In this document: positions 16,612 to 27,300 of the stretch, piece after piece | How positions within the stretch are numbered: the first letter of the stretch is position 1 | Layout of the letters: every line of letters starts with the position of its first letter | Assembly: GCA_023265235.1 (NCBI GenBank) | Contig: JAHFUF010000002.1 | Coordinates: 1 to 32,393 of the forward strand | From: Blastocatellia bacterium | GTDB lineage: Bacteria > Acidobacteriota > Blastocatellia > Chloracidobacteriales > JADJPF01 | Length of the DNA: 32,393 bases | Reading direction: 5' to 3' | Position numbers and translations under genes: made by a program | The notes under the pieces: generated by a model | Database searches by the model: none | What the model was told of the DNA's origin: nothing | Seen by the model: the letters and a program-made list of their open reading frames with translations, nothing else

Positions 16612-19600
16612 ATGACAGATTTTTCACATTTATCATTAACAGAGAAAAGAGAACTTCTAGCAAAATTATTACAAAAACCCTTAAAGGACAAAATATTTCC
16701 TTTGTCCTTTGCCCAACAACGTCTTTGGTTTTTGGATAAATTAGAGCCAATGAATTCTGCTTATAATATTTCTACAGGCTTTCTTTTAGAAGGAAACTTA
16801 AATGTAGAATACCTAGAACAAAGTATTAATGAAATTATTAAGAGACACGAAAGCCTAAGAACTAGTTTTGAAACAATTTCTGGCCAACCTAAACAAATTA
16901 TTAAAGAAGCGCGAAACCTGTCTTTAACAAAAGTGGATTTAGGACAAACCCCGTTAAATCAACAACAAGATGAAATAGCAGCAATTGCCTTAAAAGATGC
17001 TAAAGAACCTTTTGAACTCTCAGAGTGGCCATTGCTAAAAGTAAAACTACTTTATTTCTCAGAAAACAAACATGTACTACTCCTAGTAATTCATCACATT
17101 ATTAGCGACAATTGGTCTATTTCATTATTTCTACAAGAGTTACAAGAGTTTTATCAAGCTTTTTATTATAAAAGAGACCCTAAAATAAAACCTTTAAGAA
17201 TCCATTATGGCGATTTTTCGGTTTGGCAAAGAGAATATTTACAAGGAGAGGTTTTAGAAAAAGAATTAAGTTACTGGAAACAAAAACTAAGTAAAAACCT
17301 ACCTGTATTAAACTTAGCCTTAGATCACCCAAGGCCACCATTACAAAGCTACAAAGGGGCTAATATATTTATAGAAGTCCCAAAAGAAATCTTTGAGAAG
17401 CTAAAAAATATTTGCACCCAGCAACAAGTTACTTTATTTATCTTATTACTAACCGCTTTTAGTACACTGCTTTACAAATACACAGGACAAACAGATTTAC
17501 TTATAGGATCTCCTGTTGCTAATCGTAACCGTAGTGAATTTGAAGACTTAATTGGGCTACTAATTAATATGTTAGTCCTAAGAATAGACCTATCAGGAGA
17601 ACCAACTTTTCTTGAAATGCTCAAGCGTGTACGTGAAATTGTACTAGATGCTTGTGCTCACCAAGAAGTTCCTGTAGAAAAATTGGCTGAAGAAATACAA
17701 CCCCGACGAGATTTAAGCACCCCATTTGTACAAGCAAGTTTTTCTCTCAATGAAGGTGTGTCAAACTTGGTGTTACCAGAACTGGCAGTCACTAGATTAG
17801 TCATTCATAACAACACAGCAAAAGTAGACTTAAACCTAGAATTAAAAGAAGCTAATGGAGTGTTAACAGGAATTTTTAACTATAACTCTGATTTATTTGA
17901 TGAAAGTACGGTTAAACAAATCTCGTTAGACTTTGAAAACCTATTAACTTTTGTAACAAATAATCCAGAACAACATATTAATTTATTACCTAATTTAATA
18001 TTGCCCGCAGACAAAAAAAATTATGTTAATAATGAAGAAAAAACAAACTTAAGTTCTAATCAATTACTAGTTTGGTTAGGACAAAAATTACATCCTAATG
18101 TCCCGCTTTATAATATTCCAATCTTTGCCATTATTTCTGGTCAAATAGACATAGACAATTTACGACAAGCCTTTCAAATCTTGGTTAACTCTGCTGACAT
18201 GCTTAGAACAGTAATTGAAGAGGTTCAAGGAGTAGCACAACAAAAAGTGTTGTCAGAATTAAATTACTTACTTGATTATTTTGATTTTTCAAACCTTACT
18301 TCAGAGTCGCAACTACAAGATTGGATGGTGGAAAAGTCACAATATATTTTTAATAACAACGAAGTCCTCTTTTACTCTGCCCTAGTGAAACTGCCTAATA
18401 ATAGCCTAGCATGGTATCTCAATATGCATCATTTGATTGGAGATGGTTGGTCAGGGCCATTAATTTTTGAGCGTGTATCAGAGATTTACCAACAATTGGT
18501 ATCTGATAGCTTTGAGACTTTTTCACTACCTCAATTTCAAGATTATTTGTTAAAAGAAAAACAAGAAAAAGCTTCTAAACGTTATTTATCTGCTCTGAAT
18601 TATTGGCAGAAAAAGCTATCAATAACTGCTGAACCAATTGTTTTTTATGGGCAAAAAAATGAAAAAATATCTACAAAAATTAAGCGTATTAAATATAACA
18701 TTAATACTGAAAATACTAATAAGTTAAAAGCTATTACTACAGAAGAAAATATCTCGATTCTTAATATTTTTACCGGGCTGCTTTTTACTTATTTGTACCG
18801 TATTAGCGGACACTCGTTAATTTCTATTGGCGTACCTTTTCATAACCGCCGTAGTAAAGCTTTTAAGCATACCATTGGGCCGTTTATGGAAGTATTGCCA
18901 TTACAAGTTAGTATTTCTAAGGAAGAAACTTTTGCTTCACTAATTAAAAAAGTAAAATTAGAGACTTTTGAAATACTTCGCCATGATATTTCTGTAAATA
19001 ATCCTATTAATCGTAAACATTACGATGTTTTTCTTAATTATCATAGTGAGGGACAATACAAGTTCAATTTTAATAACAAGGCTGTAGATGTTGGTTGGGT
19101 AGCAACTGGTTATGAAACCTACAATTTAGCCTTACAGGTTCATGATTTTGGGCTACTAGGGAATTTTGTTATAGATTTTGACTTCAACACAGAGCTTTTT
19201 GATCAGGAGCAACAAACTTGGGTAATAAATCATTTTACTCAACTGCTAAATATTTATTTAACTCAAGGTAGCCAAACAAGTCTAAAAAATACTAGCTTAC
19301 TTCTGCCAGAAGAACGAGAGCATATCTTATTAGGTTTTAATCAAAGTCAGCAAAATGTTCCTTTTGAACAAAACTTTGCACAGCTTTTTACCCAACAAGT
19401 AGCTAAGAATAGAGAAAAAATTGCTGCTGTTTATGGCAAAGAACAACTAACGTATCAAGAGCTAAACTTTCGTGCTAATAAATGTGCTCAGCAGCTTATA
19501 GACAAAGGAATTGGCCTAGACAACATAGTAGGATTGTTTGCACGACGGGGCTTAGAGCTACTTATTTCTATTTTAGCTGTGTTTAAGGCTGGTGCAGCCT

Positions 19601-21300
19601 ATTTACCGCTAGATCCAAATTATCCAGCCAAAAGACTTAGCTATATCCTTAATCATAGTGAAACAAAAACCATTCTAGTTACTAGGGAGATGAAAACTAG
19701 TTTAATTACTAGTCTACAAGAATTACCTAAAACAGAATGGCCAGAAATTATTGAAATAGAAGAATTATTAGAACAAACCATTGATGTTAAAGAAATAACC
19801 TCTCCTGTCCAACCGGATAATCTTGCTTATGTAATATACACTTCTGGTTCAACAGGGCTGCCAAAAGGTGCAATGGTAGCTAGTAAAGGGATGATAAACC
19901 ACTTATATGCTAAAGTTTTTGACTTAAAACTTACAGAAAAAGATTATATCGCACAAACTGCTTCACAATGTTTTGACATCTCTGTTTGGCAATTTCTCTC
20001 AGCATTAATTGTAGGTGGCAAAGTAGAAATTATTGACGATGAAATAGTGCTAGATCCTTTAAGACTACTTAACTTAGTGGCTAGCCAGCAAATATCTATC
20101 CTAGAAGTAGTTCCATCACTACTTAGCGCGATGTTAAATAGTATTACTGTTCAAAAACCAAATCTATCTCTTTTAAGATGGCTGGTTGTAACTGGAGAAG
20201 CCTTTGCTCCAGAACTCTGTCGTCAATGGATGTTAGACTATCCAGAAGTTCTAGTAATGAATGCTTATGGCCCAACAGAGTGTTCTGATGATGTTACTCA
20301 TTATTTAATTACTTCTACATTGCCTAAAGAAATGACTTATATGCCAATAGGCTGTCCAGTAATTAATATGCAGCTTTATATACTAGACCAGCATTTATCT
20401 CCTGTACCTATTGGAGTTGTAGGAGAAATCTATGTAGGAGGAATTGGAGTAGGACGAGGTTACTTAAAAGATCCTGAAAAAACTGCCAATGTCTTTTTGC
20501 CTAATCCTTTTGCAATGTCATCAGGAGAAAGACTTTATAAAACAGGTGACCTAGGAAGATGGTTAATAAACGGCGAAATAGAGTTTTTAGGCAGAATAGA
20601 CCATCAAATAAAAATACGCGGTTTCCGTATAGAGCTAGGAGAAATAGAATCTGTATTAAGAGAATATCCTGAAGTTAAAGACGTTGTTGTAGTAGCCAAA
20701 TCTTTAGATACTACCGAAAACACCGAAAACACTAATAGCTTAAAAACTAGCCAAGATAACGTAATTGTTGCTTATTTAGTGGCAAGAAGCTCACAATTCC
20801 TTATTAGCAGCTTACGTGAGTTTATGCAGGAAAAATTGCCTGACTATATGGTGCCAGGGTTGTTTATGTTCTTAGACACTTTACCTCTTAACCCTAATGG
20901 TAAAGTAGATCGCGCTCTACTTCCTGAACCAAAAAGGGATCGTGAGCAAACACAAAACCATTATATCGCCCCTAGCACAGAGGTTGAGCAACAGATTGCT
21001 AATGTTTGGGGAAGGTTATTAAAAATAGATAAAATAGGGGTTAATGACAATTTTTTTGACCTAGGAGGACATTCACTTTTACTTGTCCAGGTGCAAAACA
21101 AACTAAAAGAGCTTGTAGGAAAAGAAATACCTTTAGTGGAAATGTTTCGCCATCCTACAGTAAGTTCTCTAGCTAATTATTTTACTCAGCTAACTCAGAC
21201 TCTTAAGCAAGTTGACCAGGAAGATTTTTCAGAAGTTAAAGAACGTGCAAGAAAACGTACAACTACAAAACGCCAAAGACCGCAGGGGGCTTATGAATAA
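16612..21300 (+). CDS. Non-ribosomal peptide synthetase, 1562 aa: C-C-A-T
   Basis: ORF track entry. Domain order:
- N-terminal helix LSLTEKRELLAKLLQK.
- C1, aa 27-455: LSFAQQRLWFL, HHIISDNWS at nt 17092-17118.
- C2, aa 478-895: EntF/DhbF-like N-terminus LSSNQLLVWLGQKLHPNVPLYN, HHLIGDGWS at nt 18427-18453.
- A, aa 920-1435: YTSGSTGLPKG, NAYGPTECSDD, YKTGD, NGKVDR. Code DIWEVTADDK.
- T: DLGGHS Ser1488, nt 21073-21075.
- Basic tail KERARKRTTTKRQRP. Confidence 0.95.
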   Translation: MTDFSHLSLTEKRELLAKLLQKPLKDKIFPLSFAQQRLWFLDKLEPMNSAYNISTGFLLEGNLNVEYLEQSINEIIKRHESLRTSFETISGQPKQIIKEARNLSLTKVDLGQTPLNQQQDEIAAIALKDAKEPFELSEWPLLKVKLLYFSENKHVLLLVIHHIISDNWSISLFLQELQEFYQAFYYKRDPKIKPLRIHYGDFSVWQREYLQGEVLEKELSYWKQKLSKNLPVLNLALDHPRPPLQSYKGANIFIEVPKEIFEKLKNICTQQQVTLFILLLTAFSTLLYKYTGQTDLLIGSPVANRNRSEFEDLIGLLINMLVLRIDLSGEPTFLEMLKRVREIVLDACAHQEVPVEKLAEEIQPRRDLSTPFVQASFSLNEGVSNLVLPELAVTRLVIHNNTAKVDLNLELKEANGVLTGIFNYNSDLFDESTVKQISLDFENLLTFVTNNPEQHINLLPNLILPADKKNYVNNEEKTNLSSNQLLVWLGQKLHPNVPLYNIPIFAIISGQIDIDNLRQAFQILVNSADMLRTVIEEVQGVAQQKVLSELNYLLDYFDFSNLTSESQLQDWMVEKSQYIFNNNEVLFYSALVKLPNNSLAWYLNMHHLIGDGWSGPLIFERVSEIYQQLVSDSFETFSLPQFQDYLLKEKQEKASKRYLSALNYWQKKLSITAEPIVFYGQKNEKISTKIKRIKYNINTENTNKLKAITTEENISILNIFTGLLFTYLYRISGHSLISIGVPFHNRRSKAFKHTIGPFMEVLPLQVSISKEETFASLIKKVKLETFEILRHDISVNNPINRKHYDVFLNYHSEGQYKFNFNNKAVDVGWVATGYETYNLALQVHDFGLLGNFVIDFDFNTELFDQEQQTWVINHFTQLLNIYLTQGSQTSLKNTSLLLPEEREHILLGFNQSQQNVPFEQNFAQLFTQQVAKNREKIAAVYGKEQLTYQELNFRANKCAQQLIDKGIGLDNIVGLFARRGLELLISILAVFKAGAAYLPLDPNYPAKRLSYILNHSETKTILVTREMKTSLITSLQELPKTEWPEIIEIEELLEQTIDVKEITSPVQPDNLAYVIYTSGSTGLPKGAMVASKGMINHLYAKVFDLKLTEKDYIAQTASQCFDISVWQFLSALIVGGKVEIIDDEIVLDPLRLLNLVASQQISILEVVPSLLSAMLNSITVQKPNLSLLRWLVVTGEAFAPELCRQWMLDYPEVLVMNAYGPTECSDDVTHYLITSTLPKEMTYMPIGCPVINMQLYILDQHLSPVPIGVVGEIYVGGIGVGRGYLKDPEKTANVFLPNPFAMSSGERLYKTGDLGRWLINGEIEFLGRIDHQIKIRGFRIELGEIESVLREYPEVKDVVVVAKSLDTTENTENTNSLKTSQDNVIVAYLVARSSQFLISSLREFMQEKLPDYMVPGLFMFLDTLPLNPNGKVDRALLPEPKRDREQTQNHYIAPSTEVEQQIANVWGRLLKIDKIGVNDNFFDLGGHSLLLVQVQNKLKELVGKEIPLVEMFRHPTVSSLANYFTQLTQTLKQVDQEDFSEVKERARKRTTTKRQRPQGAYE

Positions 21301-24300
21301 CGAAAATGACACTCTAGACACAGCAATTGCAATTATAGGGATGGCTTGCCGCTTTCCTGAAGCAAACAATATTGCTGAGTTATGGCAAAACCTAAAAAAT
21401 GGTATTGAGTCAATTAAGTTTTTTTCTAAAGAAGAATTGTTAGCCGTTGGTATTGAAGAAACTTTACTTGATAATCCTAACTATATTAGAGCCAAAGCAT
21501 TTTTGTCACACATAGACAAATTTGATGCCTCCTTTTTTGGCTATAGCCCAAAAGAAGCTGAGTTAATTGACCCACAACAAAGAATTTTCTTAGAACTTGC
21601 TTGGCAAGCTCTAGAAATAGCTGGTTATGATAGTGAACAATACCCTGGCCAAATAGGAGTTTATGCTGGAATCGGCTTAAATACTTACTTATTAAATAAT
21701 CTAATTAATAACACAGATATATTTACTTCATCTCGTAGACATCAAGCGGTTTTAGGTAATGACAAAGATTTTCTCCCTACAAGGGTTTCATATAAATTAA
21801 ACCTAACTGGGCCAAGTATGACTGTACAAACAGCCTGTTCAACTTCCCTAGTAGCAACCTGTTTAGCCTGCCAAAGCTTGTTAGACTACCACTCAGATAT
21901 AGCACTAGCCGGAGGAGTAAGTGTTACTATTTGGCAAAAGAAAGGCTATTTTCATGAAGAAGGAGGAATTTATTCTCGTGATGGGCATTGTCGTGTTTTT
22001 GATGCTCAATCTACAGGCACAGCAGCAGGAGAAGGAGCAGGAATTGTAGTATTAAAACGCTTAAAAGAAGCCCTAGCAGATGGAGACAGTATTTATGCAG
22101 TAATCAAAGGGTTCGCACTTAATAATGATGGCTCAGAAAAAATTGGCTATACCGCCCCAAGTGTTGATGGTCAGGCTAATGTAATCGCCGAGGCTCAAGC
22201 AGTAGCAAATGTTACTCCAAAAGAAATTACTTACGTAGAGACTCATGGCACAGGGACAATTTTAGGCGACCCAATAGAAATTGCAGCATTAACAAAAGCT
22301 TTTCGCGGTAGTACAGATAAAACCTGTGCTATTGGCTCAATAAAAAGTAATTTTGGTCATACAGACACTGCCGCAGGCGTAGCAGGTTTGATAAAAACTG
22401 CCTTGGCGTTACAAAACAAGCAAATTCCTCCTACTCTACATTTTGAAACCCCCAACCCTAATATTGATTTCACCAATAACCCTTTTTATGTAAACAAAAC
22501 ACTTATACCTTGGGAAACCTCTATGTTACCTCGACGTGCTGGTGTTAGTTCTTTTGGTATCGGTGGTACTAACGCACATTTAGTACTAGAAGAAGCACCA
22601 GAAAGCATAAATAGCCCAACTAAAAAACCTTGGCAATTACTAGTGCTATCAGCTAAAACAGAAAATGCTTTGGAAATGGCTAGTAAAAACTTAGCAGAAT
22701 ATTTAATTGCAAACCCTGAAAGCAACTTAGCAGATATTGCTTATACTTTACAAATTGGACGACGAGCCTTTTCACACCGGCGAATAATAGCTAGTAATAG
22801 CACTAGTCATGCTATTGAAACACTTAAAGTTAATAACCCTCAACAGGTCTTTACTAGCCATAACATAGATAGTAAACCGCCTGTAGTGTTTATGTTTTCT
22901 GGACAAGGTTCACAATATATTGGAATGGCTAAAGAGCTTTATCAGAACGAACCTATTTTCCAAAAATATCTAGACAAATGTTTTGCAATACTTAAAACCA
23001 ACCTAGATATGGACTTACATAGTATAATTTACCCTAATGAACAGAATAAATTGGCCTCAGCAATCGAACTAGACCGTATTTTGTTTACATTACCTGCCTT
23101 ATTTTCTATAGAGTATTCCCTAGCCAGGTTTTGGATAGAATTAGGAGTAAAGCCTTGGGCAATGATAGGTTACAGCCAAGGAGAATATATAGCGGCTTGT
23201 CTTTCAGGAGTATTTTCCTTAGAAGACGCATTAGCTTTGGTTTTAGCCAGAGGTAGGTTAATGGAAACTTTGCCTAAAGGAGCTATGTTAAGTGTAGCAA
23301 TGTCAGAAACAGAACTACTTAATATACTCCCTTCTGAACTATCCTTAGCAATTGTTAGCTCTGATAACCTATCCATAGCGTCAGGAGATATTCAAGCAAT
23401 AGAAGACTTTTTTAATTTTCTTACTAATAAAGAAATAGAGTGTAAAAAACTAAACGTCCACCATGCTTATCATTCGCATATGGCTAAGCCTATTTTGGAG
23501 CATTTTACCCAAGAGGTAAAAAAAATCAGCCTACATCCTCCACAAATACCTTATTTATCAAATGTTACAGGGACTTGGATTACTAAAGAGCAGGCTACTG
23601 ATCCTAGTTACTGGTCTAAACACTTACGTCAAACTGTTAGATTTTCTGATGGCTTAATTGAGCTATTTAAACAAAAAGAGTTGTTACTCTTAGAAGTTGG
23701 CCCTGGAAAAAGATTAACAGCTTTAACACAACTGCATATTAACAAAAAGCCTCAACATACAGTGGTAGCTTCTTTACCTCCTCCAAGTTTTACCGAATCT
23801 GAACACGCTTTTTTTCTTAATTCACTAGGAAAGCTCTGGTTATCAGGAGTAAAAATTAGCTGGTTAAAATATTATGGTGATGAACAAAGACACCGAATTA
23901 ACTTACCTACATACCCATTTGAGCGCGACAGTTATTGGATAAATGCACCAAATCAAACTAATAATTCAAAGGCTAATAGTTTAGTTGATGACTTAGCACC
24001 TAAACCAAACATAAGTGATTGGTTTTATTTTCCTAGTTGGAAACAAATGCCTTATTTGCTGACAAATAGCGAAGATGTCGAATTTAGTCCTAAAAATTAC
24101 TTGGTTTTTGCAAATGAAACGCCTCTTTGTGAGAGGGTTTTAACCGAGCTAAACTTTTTAGGTCATCAAGTAACTTCAGTAAAACTAGGAGAGGGGTTTT
24201 CCAAACTCCTAGATAATTACTATGTTAATTTTTCTCAAAATAGCTATGAGCAATTGTTTCCATCTCTCGCTAGTAACAATAAATCGCCTGATATTATTAT

Positions 24301-27300
24301 CCATTTTTGGTTATCAGACTCTTCAGACTCTAAAACTATTGACGTTTTATCAGAGATTAATTTTGACGAAATCCAACAATTAGGATACGTTAGTTTACTT
24401 AATACTGTAAAAGCTTTATCAAGAGAGGGTTTTACTCACAAGATTAAGTTATTTTTTATCTCAAACAATATATTTTCAGTAACTGGACAAGAAACGCTTT
24501 GTCCAGCAAAAGCAACCACTGTAGGGCTTTGTCGGGTTATTTCTCAAGAAAACCCTAATATTTATGCTAGCAATATTGACATATCTGGAGACTTGCCACT
24601 AGAAACCCTGGCCAAAGAAATAATTTTTTCTACAACCTCCCCAACTAAAGAATTAACTATCGCATATCGTGGACGTTACCGTTGGTTACCGGACTACCAG
24701 CCATTTTTGTTAAACACAAAAATGCTACCATTAAAAGAAAATGGAGTTTATTTAATTACTGGTGGTTTAGGGGGTTATGGGCTAGAAATTGCTGAATATT
24801 TAGCTCATAAAGTAAAAGCAAAATTAGCCCTAGTAAACCGTAGTAGCTTTCCACAAAAAAGTGAATGGCAAAGCTATCTAAATAATCTAGATAGCTCAAA
24901 CAATCCAAACAATGAGGTTAGCCAGAAAATTAAACGGCTACAAGCTTTAGAATCTTTAGGCGCGACCATATTAACCTTTTCTGCTGATGTTACTAATTTT
25001 CACGAAATGCAGTCAGTAGTTGAGCAAGTAACAAATAAATTAGGCAACATCAATGGTGTATTACATTTAGCAGGTTTAGTAGGTGGGGGGTTAATTGAAA
25101 TCAAAGACTGGTCAGATATGGCCAATGTTATTAATACCAAAGCAAAAGGGACAATAACATTAGCAAAGTTATTTCTAGCACAAAAATTAGACTTTTTTAT
25201 TTTATTCTCTAGCATTAACGCTATTTTAAGCAGGTATGGTCAATCAGATTACTGTGGTGCCAACGCCTTCCTAGACGCTTTTGCTTATTATTTCAACCAA
25301 TTTACCCTAACAATATCAATTAATTGGGAAACTTGGCAAGATACTGGTATGGTCGCAGTTAAACAACCTATCAATGAAAGAGCTAATTTATGGAAAGAGG
25401 AAATGGAGACTCTGACTAGCACAATGTCTGTTAAAGAAGGAGTCAAAGCATTTGAAAGAGCCTTAACAGTTCAAGTACCTCAAGTAATAGTGTCTAGTAG
25501 AAACTTTTCTTTATTATGGAAATATTACCAGGAAAAATTAGCAAAGATAGAATTACAAAATACTCCAACAACTATAACCCAAACCTATTCCCGTCCAATA
25601 TTAGCTACTAAGTATGTTGAGGCTAGCAATGATACAGAACAAAAATTAGTGGAAATCTGGCAAGAAGCTTTAGGTTTTACACCGATAGGTATTTATGATA
25701 ATTTTTTTGACTTAGGTGGTGATTCAGTTATAGCTATTCAACTAGCAGCAAAAGCCAATAAAAAAGGGTTGAAAATTAGCTCAAAACAATTTTTTGAACA
25801 CCAAACCATCGCTGATTTAGCTAATAATATTACCCATAGCCAAACCAAAATAGACCAAGAGGTTGTTACAGGTTTTGTCCCATTAACCCCAATTCAAAAA
25901 TGGTTTCTTAATCAAAATTACCATAATCTTAATCATTTTAACCAAGCAGTAAGGCTAAAGGCTAGTCAACCAATAGATTCAGCTTTACTAGGAAAAGCCC
26001 TTCAAATCCTAGTTACACATCACGATGCGTTACGGATGAGATTTTTTCAAGAAAATGGTGAATGGCAGCAATTTAACGCTGAAGTAGACAATAATGTTGA
26101 TTTTTTAACCACCATTGATTTAATTAACTTATCAGACTCAGAGCAATCGAAAGCCATTGAATCAGCAGCAAACAAAGCTCAAAAAAGCCTAGATATAAGA
26201 CAAGGAAAGGTTTTCTCTGCCCTACTTTTTTCCTTAAGTAAACTAGACTATCAGTTACTAATAATTGCTCATCATTTAGTCATTGATATAATTTCTTGGC
26301 CAATATTATTAGAAGATTTAGAAACAGCTTACCAACAACTTAGTCAATCCTCACCTGTTTTATTACCTAATAAAACTACTTCATTTAAGAATTATGCTGA
26401 AAAATTATTAGTCTATTTAGAGTCAATAACAGAAGAACAAAACTATTGGTTAACCCTTGCTTGGGAACGTTTTTCTCCATTATTTGTTGATTATCCAGAT
26501 CAAGATAATAATTTTTCTAATCTAGAACAAATAAACCTATCCTTTAGTGTTGAAGAAACTAATAGTTTAATAAAAGAAATAACCAAAACTTACAAAATAC
26601 GAGTCCAAGATCTATTAATAGCAATTTTGGCAGAAAGCTTTTCTCGTTGGGCTGATATTTCTACTGTGGCTATTGATGTAGAAATGCATGGTAGAGAAGA
26701 AATTGCTCCAGAAATAGACCTATCACGCACAGTAGGTTGGTTTACCAGTGTTTTCCCACTTGTAATAGATTTTAGTAAAGCTAATACATTAAATGAGCGT
26801 GTTAGTTATGTAAAATGGTACATCAATAACATTCCAGCTAACAATGGTATTGGTTATGGTTTACTCCATTTGTCTTCAGACAAAGAGCTACTAAAAAAGC
26901 TACTGCTACTGCCAACCCCTGAAATTAATTTTTTATATTTAGGACAAACTAGAAATACTAATGACCAAGAAAAGCTCTTTTTTACTACGTCAGACTCTTG
27001 TGGAGAAACTATTGATAGAAAGCAAAAACGCAGATATTTATTTGAGATAGTTGGGAAAGTTATAGAAAATAAATTACAAATAAATGTATTTTATAATCAA
27101 AGGCAATACAAAAAATCAACAATTGATTTACTGTCTCAAAGCTTAACTAATGTAGTTAAAGAATTAATTTTTAATGCTCCAAAAAATATTTTATTAGAAA
27201 ATAATAATAATGAAATAGAGCAAAATAAAATAGAATTTTTAGATATTTCACAGCAAAAACAAATCGCTACACAGCTAGGTTATCAGCCTACAGAGGTTTA

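Noticed and set aside
20713-20730. 9-nt tandem repeat ACCGAAAAC x2, encoding TEN-TEN in a loop of the A domain between A8 and A10
   Set aside because: It has only two copies, is in frame and lies within a variable surface loop. It is most likely an inconsequential slippage duplication.
21212-21292. TTG start at 21212 for the hybrid PKS-NRPS, as given in the ORF track
   Set aside because: The extension lies wholly inside the upstream gene's carrier tail and uses TTG. ATG 21293 has a G-rich ribosome-binding motif, a stop-start overlap and normal spacing to the KS domain.
23930-24730. Possible DH or methyltransferase domain in the roughly 260-residue region between AT and KR
   Set aside because: No HxxxGxxxxP (DH) or SAM-binding GxGxG motif was found. 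The length and the WFYFPSW-type start fit the structural (pseudo-KR) subdomain of a KR.
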